This document shows, piece after piece, positions 13,560 to 25,538 of a stretch of DNA of 64,000 bases. The stretch covers positions 113,956,001 through 114,020,000 of the forward strand of contig NC_042998.1 in NCBI RefSeq assembly GCF_006345805.1, written 5' to 3'. The position numbers and the translations under genes are program-made. Numbering within the stretch: the stretch's first letter is position 1; every line of letters begins with the position of its first letter. Origin of the DNA: Octopus sinensis (Eukaryota). Below the pieces are notes generated by a model. That model was not told the origin of the DNA, ran no database searches, and saw only the letters and a list, made by a program, of their open reading frames with translations.

Positions 13560-14752
13560 CATCTAAGGAGCAAGGATCGAGGTTTGCCAACCCAATACAA
13601 CCAAGTTTATTTCACCAATATTTATTGCATTGCAGTAACGTCTTGGATTTTAATGTTATTGATTAAGCTGTAAAAAGCCATGGATATATATTAGTATATC
13701 TGTACGTTAGTTCAGGATACATACTAACACAAACACACACACACACGCAAACACACACATATCTGCACGGAATAGAAGCACTAAACAGTGATGTGTATAA
13801 ATAAAAAAAAACTTGTAACCAGTTCAAATATAAGCCCGTATGAAGGCGAATCATTGTATTTTGTCACGAAGAAAATTTCATGTTGTAGACAAACAAGTGT
13901 AAACGCATCAAATCAGTTCCATGCGTTCTCTAACCAGAGTCATAAGAGCACGCCGCATTTCAGAGCGGCACAGCATATTTCATATTTACTGTTTGTAAGT
14001 AGTGTAGTCAAACTGAAAGTAAGATTTATAAGGACATATTGTTGAAGCATCATAGTTAGAGATACTGTGATTAATAACGCCGCTAATAGTTGGTATCATC
14101 AATCTAATATCGATGATGGTGATGATGAAAATGTTCATCATCATCATCATCATCATATCATCATCATCATCATCAACAACCAGTACAATATCATTATCAT
14201 CATCCTTATCAACGTCATCATCGTTAATTTTATCAGTGTCCTCCTTTCCTCCTACTACTTCCCTTTCATTTCTCAAACCACATCATCAAAAGCAAAGTGG
14301 GTTTTTTTTATATACATTATTAGCACTAACCGCATTTCATACCACAGTCAATATTATCAACATAATTAACAGCAATAACAACAACATGAAACGCTACAAT
14401 AATCACAGGCAATCATTGGAAACAGTCGCAATATAAACATATTTAGCAAAGATTTGTAGTTTGTATACATATCGTTTAATGTTTATATACATTCCTACAT
14501 AAATACATACATACATACACGTGTGCGCGCTTGAGAACATACACATATATAGAGAATGAAACAGAGAAACAGAGGGAATGATACAGATCTAGATATGCAC
14601 AGATATATATGCATATGTATCGCATATCGATATATATGCCTATGAATGAACGCACACAAACGGCCTTAACACAACTAGAAAAACAAGCTATATACTCAAA
14701 TACACACCACCACAAACAACCACGCATATATATATATATGTATATGTATATG

Positions 14753-14784
<32 letters not shown>

Positions 14785-15179
14785 TGTATGTATGTATGTA
14801 TGTATGTATGTATGTATGCATGCATGTATGTATGTATGTATGTATGTATGTATGTATGTATGTATGTATGTATGTATGATGCATGTATGTATGTATGTAT
14901 GTATGTATGTATGTATGTATGTATGTATGTATGTATGTTTGTGTGTGTATTATGTATGCATGTGTGAGTGTTTTTGGTATCTGGAATTCCACTTCAAACG
15001 TTGTATATATTATTTGTTTGTATCATACTTTATGTTTCCATTACTTATATACCTCTTTTTCTCTTTTTGAAAAAATAGTTTCGTTTCCCCTCTCTCATCC
15101 ATCGTTCCCTCTGTTCTTCCTTCCTTTATTCCGCCTTTCCTTTTTTTCCCCCTTTCCTCCTTTCCTTCACAGAAGACCA

Positions 15180-15440
15180 CAGTAAGATTCATTAGGAAGC
15201 AATGTTAGTTATTGCGAAACTGTTCTCGAAAGACATAGTTAGCATTTAACTCACACATCTCTTTGTCTTTCATGGTATCACCACGTATAGTTTGTTGCAG
15301 TGACTTCAGCTTGGCAAGATTGCAATTGCTGGCAACCTCTTTGTAATTAAAACCTGATTAATTAAGCGACTCCACCAATTAGTGGCCGCTCTATCCATAA
15401 TTACCTGCTTGTCATCAGAATTTCATTGATCCTCGTAACA
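15180..15440. promoter_or_regulatory. Candidate conserved non-coding element rich in homeodomain sites
   Basis: Non-repetitive island with GTAATTAA, GATTAATTAAG, CAATTAG, ATAATTAC and TGTCA motifs. Confidence 0.3.
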
Positions 15441-16011
15441 AAACAAAACAAAGCAAAAAGCATAAATACATAAAAAAAAACACAACTTCGTTTTAAGTGC
15501 CAATGTGTGAAAATGTAGTCTTTTAGTGTTTGACATTGATTTCTTCGAGAAAGCCGTGATAGATCTGACCGGAAATTGCTATTAATTCTTTCTTTTCGTC
15601 TTTCCTTCTTTCTTTCATTTAATCTTTCTATCTTCCTTCCTTCTCTTCCTGTCGTTTTTCGTTTCTTTGTTTCGTTTTTTTCTTTCTTTCTGTCTTTTAG
15701 TCTGTCTTTCTGTCCTCCTACTTGTCTTTCTTGGTTTGTTTCGTTCGATTTTTATTCCTCTATTTTATTTATTTATATTTTATTTTTACTACAGTCTTCT
15801 TCATTTAACAAATTTATCCATTCATTCTTTCCCCCTTTATGCGATATGAGGTAAAGGTCGGATATGGATGACATTATCAGAATGTCATTAATCGAAAACT
15901 GTTTAATACTTTATAAAACAACGTAAACGTATTTATATGGTAAGTATTTCAATTCTCCACTTCATTTCTTTTTATCTCAAGTCTACTATTCTCCGAATAG
16001 TTCTATTATGT

Positions 16012-16053
<42 letters not shown>

Positions 16054-16919
16054 ATACACGAACGCATGCGCCCACGCACACACACTTCCATAAACGTATA
16101 TAAGAATTCACTAAATTCGAAACATCAATATCTATGTAGGACAATGTAACCAGAAATAAACAAACTACTCCGCATTTCATGTATTGAGATCTTTCTTTTT
16201 TAACAGCTAATGCATAGATATCCACGCGCATTCATCGTTGTTGTTGTAAAGCTATATGAACGTTATGTATTCCACACCAACTGCATAGGTTGTATAGTAG
16301 AGTTAAAAGTGTGTACTTAACGGTTGAACCTGTCTTTAGAACTCCAGGCAAGATGTGAGGATGGTGAATGAATTTCTCACGACGTTTTACCTCATACAAC
16401 AATGAAAAATTGTGATAATCAGGCATTCGGCAAATTGAACTAGTCACTGAATCTCCCCTCTATCTACTGTAAACCACGAATCTGGCTCCCTTCGTGTTCC
16501 ACTGGTTCAGTCCGATGATGAAGTGATTCATGAGAAGATCTTATAAAACTAACGAGTTTAAAGGGTCTATAAAGAAGTGAGTACAACAGAGAACGTCTGC
16601 ATTTTCTCAAAGAGTTGGGTTCAACGATGGTTCAAATGCATCGCTTATGATTAAAAACATGTTTAATATTAGAGTAAGAGTTATTTTAACATGTGCAGTT
16701 TGAACGATATAGGTTAGTGAATAAAATGATAATCCAACTTTTGCATTGCTTTTATGAAAGCCCTCAATTCCTACCGTCATACATATTTTACAATTAAATT
16801 GCATTATGAATTGAAAAGTTAAAAATCTCTTTCGGGCAAAATTGACATAAATTCTTTTACATCCTACAGGATGGAGAGTTCCTTACACACTGAAATTGCA
16901 GCTTGTGTGTGGCTGTGTG

Positions 16920-16972
<53 letters not shown>

Positions 16973-17017
16973 ATGTGCGTGTGTGAGCATGTGTGTCTTT
17001 GGATTTCCTTTTAAAAA

Positions 17018-17433
17018 TAGCAAGCGGTTACACTACAACCACAGTGGACAATAGCTAGTAGGACTAAATCATATTGCTATTCACCCTTAATGGAATTTAG
17101 GTTTCTTTTTTTAAGAAGCTGGCTACCACTCCTATCCCTTTTCAGTTGCCAAAAGAACCAAAACTAACAAATAATTAATACATATTATTAAATATCCAAA
17201 TCAATATATTTAACTACTACTTATTCGAGATAATTTCAATTTTTATTACAGTTTAAAAAAAAATTAGGTGCATTAGTCTGATCTGTTGATAGTTTGGGTT
17301 ATTATATATACTTAGTTAATGGTGAGAGTAAATTTCATTTTAAGACTTGTTTCTATGTTTACTTTAGTTTTATTATACAAGGAGGGTTTATTGAAATATA
17401 ATTTATTATTTAAAATTTATTAAATATATATAT

Positions 17434-17468
<35 letters not shown>

Positions 17469-18148
17469 TTTTCCTTATGAATATAACAAGCTCTCTATCC
17501 CTCATTTATTTAATATAACTGTTAATGCATTTATTTAGATACATCAGCTGATTGTAAGGGTTCAATGTATCTTCCTCTATTTGATTAATATCATTAGTTC
17601 TAGTTATTGATTTATTCACAAATTCCTATTCAATTATATTTATTTGGATTTACTAGACGTATATTTATTCACTATAGTGCCTATTTAATTTAATTTATTT
17701 GAATTCATTAAACGTATATTTAATCGTGTGTGGGTAACAAAATCTTCTTTCCCTCTCATTTGCGCTTGAATGTCATGATGTGGAAAATTTTCTCCACGCA
17801 AGTCACACCTTTTTCTTGCAATGTGGTGATACATAGTAAATCGTACCCCCGTTAAATTACATAAACATTAGTTTAACTAAATATATATAATAACCAAAAC
17901 TATCAGCAGATAAGACTAATAAAACTAAATGAATAAAAAACTGTAATAAAAATTGACATTCTCTCAAATAAATAAGTAGTATTTAAATATATATTAATTT
18001 GGATATTTATTTATATATTTTTTATTTGCTATTTTTATTCTTTTGGCAAGTGAGAAGGGACAGGAGTGGCATTAAGGGTGAATAGTAATATGACCTAGCC
18101 GTTCAGGATTACTACTGTCCACTGCAGACGTAGGTTAATCTCTAGCTA
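17018..18148. mobile_element. Foldback-type non-autonomous DNA element with ~300-bp terminal inverted repeats
   Basis: 17018-17319 is an imperfect reverse complement of 17873-18148 (for example TCATATTGCTATTCACCCTTAATG / CATTAAGGGTGAATAGTAATATGA). The spacer is AT-rich with no ORF. Confidence 0.8.
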
Positions 18149-18997
18149 TCTCATCTATCTTAGTACCCGATATCCCAAATCTCCTTTCTTTGAGGAAAAA
18201 TATTTGGTTGCCGTGTTAAGAAATCCGGAGCTCGTCAATGTGAAGCAAGCCTCTTAACAATTTGGTCATAATTCGTCTAATTTCTGTTGCATTCTAAGTA
18301 AATGAAAGGCAGAATGTTTGCTGCTAAAAAGCTTTTGGTTATAGATATATTTTTCTGGACTAACTTAGAGCTAAACATTAACAATAACAACCTCAAAACA
18401 GAGATAGAACATTCACGTTTTCCTCAATTCACAACGTAACTTGAAAAACAGAATTACGCAACCAACAATGTAGTTCACAGTGTGTTATACTGAAAACAGA
18501 ACTAAAAGCAAAAGGAAACAAAAAACATGCAGCTGAAGACTATGTATGTGGGAAATCCGAAGGCGACGATTTTGTGCGAATCACACTTTAAAATCTCTTA
18601 AAAGTGTTTAAACTGTGATATTTACAGAAATACAATTCAACAATCCACTGTTTCCGTGTATAATCATTTACTAAACTTCAAAATACCTTAAGAACAATCA
18701 AATAATAACATTAGCAAGACAATTTACGAAAAGAAACGTAACATACCACAATTATATACCTTCACCTTTCCACAAATCTGCGAAAAATATATTCAAGCAA
18801 TCCTAAATCTTTATACTCATGAGTAAACATCAAAACCAACATGATAACCCCCCCCCCAAAAAAAAATATTGTCATATTACACTGATAGACTAAAACTTCC
18901 ATAACACTAAAATATTACATCTTCACAGATGACATCACAATCTCTCTCTCTCACTATCTAGTTTCCTACCTACCTACCTACTTACCTACCTACCTAC

Positions 18998-19096
<99 letters not shown>

Positions 19097-19171
19097 CTTG
19101 GCTAGGAATCTTTTATTCACGTATCTTTTTATTCTCAGTATTTCTCTTCATCACATCCTGTTCGACTCTTA

Positions 19172-19235
<64 letters not shown>

Positions 19236-19278
19236 GTCTATATATATATATAAATATATACATATATATAAGTATATA

Positions 19279-19359
<81 letters not shown>

Positions 19360-19368
19360 TATAGGTAT

Positions 19369-19405
<37 letters not shown>

Positions 19406-19430
19406 ATATAAATATATACATATATATAAG

Positions 19431-19461
<31 letters not shown>

Positions 19462-20726
19462 AATATATACATATATAATATATAAATACACACACACACA
19501 CACACGCACACACACACAACACACACACATATATGATATCTGCTCTCGCTTTTCCTTCTACTGCCTTTTGTTGCTTTCAGCTTCCTTTTCCTTCCCCGAC
19601 TTGATATTTTATTCTTTAACTCTTTCTGATGTTTGGGATATTTTCTTGACATTTTGCCTTTCTATTAGTTATCACTGTTCCTTAATTTTCTCTTTAAGTA
19701 GCGTCTTCATAGAGTCGTGACCCTAAATTTCGTTCAGATTTCCTATCATACATTGAGAAATACCTTTTTCTGTTTCCGTTTCAGAAAGTCACTTTAACTC
19801 GGTTCTGAGTTCCCTTCTCATTCCCTGACTGACTGACTGACTGACCGACTGACTGGCTGATTCACTCACTGATTCACTCACTCACTCACTCACTCACTCA
19901 CTCACTCACTCACTCACTCATTCACTCACTCACTCACTCACTCACTCACACACTCACTCACTCTTTCACATATTCGTTCGCTCTCTCATTTCCGAACTTT
20001 CTTAGACTCTCTCCCACTCTATGACTGACAGACTAACTCATTCACTCACTCATTTACCAATTCTCTTTCACTTACCCACTTCCTACATATCGCACTGCAT
20101 AAACCTCTCTCACTCACCACTCAGTCACTCACTCATTCACTCACACACTCACTCACCCGTACTTACACTCACTCTTTTACCCACTCACCCACCCATTATC
20201 TCTCTCCCTCATTCACTCACACACTCACTCACCCGTACTTACACTCACTCTTTTACCCACTCACCCACCCATTATCTCTCTACCTCCCTCCCTCACGCTT
20301 TCCCTCATTGACGCAACCATTCATACTCCACCTTACCCCACTCGCTGACTGACTGAATTATTGACCTCTCGTTGCTTCCCTCACTCGCTCTTCCAACAAC
20401 CCTTCATATCCACACAGCTGACTCTAATGGGCTCCAGTGACACCAGTCTCTAAACATCGCAGTCACAACGCCATCTTTCATAGTCACTACATCAACTCTC
20501 ACACCAACTGACACGTCTCCACAAACACACACACACAGACACACACACACACATACACACACAAACACACACACATACACACACTATCATCATACTAACA
20601 AAACTTCCACACTACCTCGCAGACATGCTCATACACAAACGTATACAATTTTGAATAACATACACCAACATCTTGATTTTTTTCTCTTTTATTATTATTA
20701 TTATTATTATTATTATATTATTATTA

Positions 20727-20760
<34 letters not shown>

Positions 20761-21001
20761 TATTTATTATTTTTTTTGACGTAAACTAGCAGAAGATAAG
20801 ATGTAATTATCGGAACTAAATTGAATTTCTGCCGACATTCAATGTCTAACAGAACTGTTGGTGTCTAACATTTACCGTTATTTTCTTAATAACAAAAATC
20901 TTGAATGATAGCGAAAACTGATTCAGCATATTGAGTCTTTTATCTATTCTTTATGTGTGTGTGTGTGTGTGTGCGTGTGTGTGTGTATGTATGTATGTAT
21001 G

Positions 21002-21035
<34 letters not shown>

Positions 21036-21149
21036 TGCATGTATGTATGTATGTATGCATGCATGTATGTATGCATGTATGCATGTATGTATGCATGTAT
21101 GTATGTATGTATGCATATATATACATATATATATATATATATACATACA

Positions 21150-21217
<68 letters not shown>

Positions 21218-21809
21218 TGTATATATATATGCGTATATATACATTATATATATATACGCACATCATAACACACACACACACATATATATAGTGTGTATGT
21301 TTTGTCTTTTTTTCCCTATTTTACTCCGATTCCTATTGCTTCTCTTTTTTTTTGTACCGTTTCTCTAAATTTGTTTTTCCCCCCACAAAGTCTTTTATTA
21401 TTTTCTGTATTGCCTACCGTAGTCTACTGAAAGTGGAACACGATGATGATGATGATGATGGTGGTAGTGGTGGTGGTGGTGATGATGTTGATGATGGTGG
21501 TGGTGGTAGTGGTGATGATGTTGATGATTATGATGATGATGGTGATGATAGTGATGATGATGATGATGCTGGTGAGGGTGATGAAGATGATGACAATGAC
21601 GACGATGATGATGATGACGACAGGATGTCGATTTTGTCCTTCAATTTCTTTTTTCAGTTTCATTTATTCATTCTCTCTTTCCTTCAAAGTTGTTTTGTTT
21701 TACTTTTTCTTTCTTTCTTTCTTTCTTCCTTTCTTTTTTCTTTCTCTTTATTTTCTTTATGCTGTTGCTGTTTGATGATGAATGTATCTTTTCGAGTTCT
21801 TTCTTCCAG

Positions 21810-21996
21810 ACTGAAGATGAAGGTCAGAATAGAGACGAGATCCAAGTGACCTCTCATCAGTACTGTCACTTAGTGTCCAGTATCAGTGTTTCAGCCACTC
21901 ACACACCGATACTCAATACTGTCAGATACACCTACAGCAGTTTCCTGTTGACCACAGACTCTCCGTTGTCAGGTCAGCCAGCATGGAACAAACTGA
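21810..21996 (+). other. Candidate alternatively spliced exon(s) of an unidentified host gene
   Basis: Strong acceptor TTCTTTCTTCCAG| at 21809, possible donor AAG|GTCAGA at 21823, second acceptor or donor TTGTCAG|GTCAGC at 21972/21973. Non-repetitive island. Confidence 0.35.
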
Positions 21997-22478
21997 AAGA
22001 TTCGTGGCGCGAGAAATAGAGATGAACAAAAAGAAAGGAAACGTTTAGAGAAAGAAGGCAAGACAGAGAAAGATAGATAGATAGGGAGAGAGAGAAAATG
22101 AAAGAGAGAAAGTGAGGGAGAGAGAGAGAGAGAGTAGTTGATGGTAGGATGCTCATCAAGAGAATAAAGGTAGAGAATTTGGGAGAAGCAACAGAGTAAC
22201 TATAACAAATGCAGAAGAGATTGAAGAGAGAGCGGGAGGGAAAGAAAGATTGAGAGGAAAGACAAAAGGAGATGAGAAAAATAGATGGCTGGAGAGACAG
22301 ATACTGTTTATGACTGAGTGGGGAGAGATAGGGATGGAGGAAGGGAGGAAGAGAGAAGGAGTAAAATGGGTGGAGAAAGAAAAATTAAAGATCAGTAAGA
22401 ATGAATTACAAATCAATTAACGAAGAACGATACATAGCAAAATGGAGAAAGACAGTGAGGAGAAAAAGAAAAACTAGA

Positions 22479-22509
<31 letters not shown>

Positions 22510-22868
22510 GAGAGAGAGAAAATGAAAGAGAGAAAGTGAGGGAGAGAGAGAGAGAAAGGGAGAGAGAGAAAGAGAGAGAAAAAGAGAACCAGGAAGAGAG
22601 AGAGACAAAGAAGGAATGAAAAAAGGAAGAACGAATGTGAAGAAGAAGATTAAGGTTTAGAAATGCAGTGATAATTGCTTGTATATAAGTGTAATTTGTG
22701 TGAATTTTGAAGGATGTGGACAAGAAGGATAATGACAAAACGTGGAATGACAAACAATTATGATTTCCATAATACGAATGTAAGAAAGAAGAAATCAAGG
22801 GGGATAAACGAACCGACATTCGACATTGAATTTGTGATATGCATCTGGTCATTGTCCATTGTCTCCAG

Positions 22869-22922
22869 ACTAAAGGTCAGCCAGTTGACTTACTAAAGAG
22901 TGGTGTTTGCTGCGAGAAATAA
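22869..22922 (+). other. Candidate paralogous alternative exon or 7-nt microexon
   Basis: Acceptor TTGTCCATTGTCTCCAG|ACTAAAG|GTCAGCCAG. Shares AGGTCAGCCAG...GCGAGAAATA with 21971-22018. Confidence 0.35.
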
Positions 22923-23187
22923 TCAAGTGTTGTCATGTACAAGACCACAGATTGAAGATTACAACAACATCAAAAATAACAACTACAATAACAAATCAGA
23001 ATCAGCAACAGAAACAACAGTAATAAAAAAAAGACGGCTGTAACAAAGACAAGATCATCTCTACGGAGTGTAAATAAGACTTTAGTAATGCTATCAAGTA
23101 CAACAGGACTAGCATTTCATAAACAGGCACAACTCCTTAACAAAATGACCTGGAAAAAGATACCTTGAACAATAAAAAGTAAATAAA

Positions 23188-23259
<72 letters not shown>

Positions 23260-23319
23260 ACTACTACTACTACTACTACTACTATACTACTACTACTGCT
23301 TCTTCTTCTGCTGCTGCTA

Positions 23320-23357
<38 letters not shown>

Positions 23358-23423
23358 ATAATAATAATAATAATAATAAAAATGGTAATGATAATAATAA
23401 TAATAAAAATGATGATAATAATA

Positions 23424-23460
<37 letters not shown>

Positions 23461-23466
23461 TAATAA
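23188..23466. repeat. (TAC)n/(TGC)n/(TAA)n trinucleotide tract
   Basis: Directly visible. Confidence 0.95.
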
Positions 23467-23810
23467 TAGTGGTTTCAAATTTTGGCACTAGGCCAGCAAT
23501 TTCATGGAAGGGAGTAAGTAAGTCAATTTCAACGTCCCCTGTGTTCAACTGGTTCTTATTTTATCGGCCTCGAAAGATTGAAAGGCAAAGTCGAACTAGG
23601 CAGAGTTTGAACGCAGAACATAAGGACGGACGAAATGCCGCTAAGCATTTTGTCCGGCGCTAGGCACAAGGTCTGAAAATTAGCGAGGAAGAGTTAAGTC
23701 GATTACATCGACCTCAGTGCTCAACTGGTGCTCACTTCATCGACCCCGAAAGGATGAAATGCAGAGTCAACCCCGGCTGAATTTGAACTCAGAACATAAA
23801 GCCAGAAGAA
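23467..23810 (-). mobile_element. Two tandem SINE copies (family of 41940-42108)
   Basis: Two successive matches to the reverse complement of the core (ATCGACCCCGAAAGGATGAAA...GTCAACCCCGGCTGAATTTGAACTCAGAAC), at about 23467-23660 and 23661-23810. Confidence 0.75.
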
Positions 23811-23849
23811 TGAATAAATTAAACACCATAATAGACATGGTTAGCATTT

Positions 23850-24345
23850 GTAGTAGGTCATATGCTGTAAGTCCGGACTCCCATACAAAAAATAAAAAAA
23901 ACTAATGAGAACATAGGCCTGCTCAAGTCGTAATATATGAAGATATCACCGTTCTTCGGGACTTTAGTATCCAAACTGATTTTGCTATCCAGGCCAATAG
24001 AACAGCTATTGGGTTAAAACCTCACTTTGAGAAAACATGTTTGTTTAGAGATATGTTAATCCTAGCAGATCAAAACACGTTTGGATATATACATGTGAAT
24101 CCCAGCAGGTTGAAACACCCCTGTAAAAACATTTGAAAACTTAAGTAAATACAAGGACCTTGACATAGGGGTCTCAAAAATGTGGTACCTAAGACCAACA
24201 ATTATACCCTTGATCATTAAAGCCTTGGGGCCAATAACAAGTGGTGCTCTATGGCCAAATAGCAGAAAACCCAAACGTATCAAAACTACAAAGGTTGTTC
24301 TCATGGGTACTACTCACATCCTATGAATAACATTGTCAACCTCAA
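23850..24345 (+). pseudogene. 3' fragment of an R4/Dong-clade LINE (restriction-like endonuclease domain)
   Basis: Frameshifted translation gives EHRPAQV, EDITVLRDFSIQTD.AIQANR, EKTCLF.DM, LSKYKDLDIGVSKMW, IIPLIIKALG and KVVLMGTTHIL, matching the recalled Dong/R4 C-terminus. Confidence 0.8.
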
Positions 24346-24571
24346 AATATTTGATTTAAAAAAAAAAAATTCAAAACTGAAATATTACAAATTTAACAAG
24401 TTTAGTTTTTAGAGTTTCCCACATTATGTCATTCCTAATTATAAATAATACCTATAGTAAAACGTCCAGCTTGCTATCACTTGAACTTTCTGTATGTACA
24501 GAACAAAGCATCCGTTGACAGTGTTGCCATACATACATACGTGTATATGTATATATACATATAATATATAT

Positions 24572-24611
<40 letters not shown>

Positions 24612-24639
24612 TGTTTATATATATATATATATATATAAT

Positions 24640-24683
<44 letters not shown>

Positions 24684-24767
24684 CAATAATAATAACGGGT
24701 AAAATTAATTAATTAATAATAATTAATAATTTCACCAAGTAGTTCGGTAAAGAACCACTATCGATAA

Positions 24768-24961
24768 ACAAAAATTCTATAATCATGAGCATAATTATAA
24801 TTAGATTTCAGCAAAAATTTGCTTTACCATATATATATAGGGGAGATTTTCTTATAGTATCGAAATAGTAGTTTTTAACTGCTATGTCTAAATTTCGGTA
24901 TGTGGTAAAGCAAATTTTTGCTGAACTAATTATAGTTATGCTCATAATTATAGAATTTTGT
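24768..24961. repeat. Inverted repeat (~63-bp arms) next to a (TA)n run
   Basis: ACAAAAATTCTATAATCATGAGCATAATTATAATTAG...CAGCAAAAATTTGCTTTACCA pairs with TGGTAAAGCAAATTTTTGCTG...CTAATTATAGTTATGCTCATAATTATAGAATTTTGT. Confidence 0.85.
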
Positions 24962-24970
24962 ATAAGGTTA

Positions 24971-25169
24971 TGTGTACCATTGGCGATTTTTCTTCCTCCG
25001 TCTTCCCTTCTCTGGATCTTTCCTTCTCCTATGTTTCTGACGAAGAGCTCCGCTCGAAACGTAAAACCCTCCTTCTTCCCTTCTTTCCTGAGCGTCCAAT
25101 AATACTATGTTTGTTGCACGTCCTCGCGTTGTTGTGTTTTCTCTTTGTGGTTTCATGCTTGGATTAACT
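24971..25169 (+). mobile_element. Short hammerhead-motif element, copy B
   Basis: Highly similar to the reverse complement of 41388-41583. Its 3' end abuts (TA)n. Confidence 0.8.
25033..25067 (+). ncRNA. Minimal type I hammerhead ribozyme motif
   Basis: GTTT (stem I) CTGACGA A GAGC-TCC-GCTC (stem II) GAAA CG TA AAAC (stem I'). Canonical CUGANGA/GAAA/UH core with a palindromic rudimentary stem III, as in Penelope-type minimal hammerheads. Confidence 0.7.
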
Positions 25170-25172
25170 ATA

Positions 25173-25232
<60 letters not shown>

Positions 25233-25251
25233 ATATATATATACATATATT

Positions 25252-25441
25252 GGAAATTTATAGAAAAACAAAATACGCTGACAAGAATATGAACAATAAG
25301 CAAGTCTATAGTTTGACGCTCAGGAAAAATGAAAAAGTCTTTTACGTTTCGAGCCTGCGCTCTTCAACAGAAAGAAATAAGAGGACATAAACAGAGGACG
25401 AATAAAAAAAAACTTGTAGAGTTCGGCGGTCTTGCATGGCG
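25252..25441 (-). mobile_element. Short hammerhead-motif element, copy C
   Basis: Minus strand 25338-25375 reads TCTTT-CTGTTGA-A-GAGC-GCAG-GCTC-GAAA-CG-TA-AAAGA. Homologous to copy A and tail-to-tail with copy B across one TA run. Confidence 0.75.
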
Positions 25442-25485
25442 AATGATTCGGAAAAAAAGGTCGAAAGAATACATATATATAAATA

Positions 25486-25538
<53 letters not shown>

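Noticed and set aside
19785-19808. Strong acceptor TTTTTCTGTTTCCGTTTCAG followed by KVTLTRF* or xKSL*
   Set aside because: An acceptor plus a nearby stop is too common to call a terminal exon without transcript data.
20138-20281. ~75-bp direct tandem duplication, considered as a CRISPR-like or regulatory repeat
   Set aside because: Two adjacent copies of (CACT)n-derived sequence without spacers. This is ordinary slippage duplication in eukaryotic DNA.
21443-21620. Asp/Gly-rich or Met/Val-rich ORF segment
   Set aside because: It is a degenerate (GAT)n/(GGT)n repeat with no supporting splice context.
21914-21925. AATACTGTCAG resembling the miR-8/miR-200 5' sequence
   Set aside because: Only 11 nt match, and there is no pre-miRNA hairpin with this sequence on an arm.
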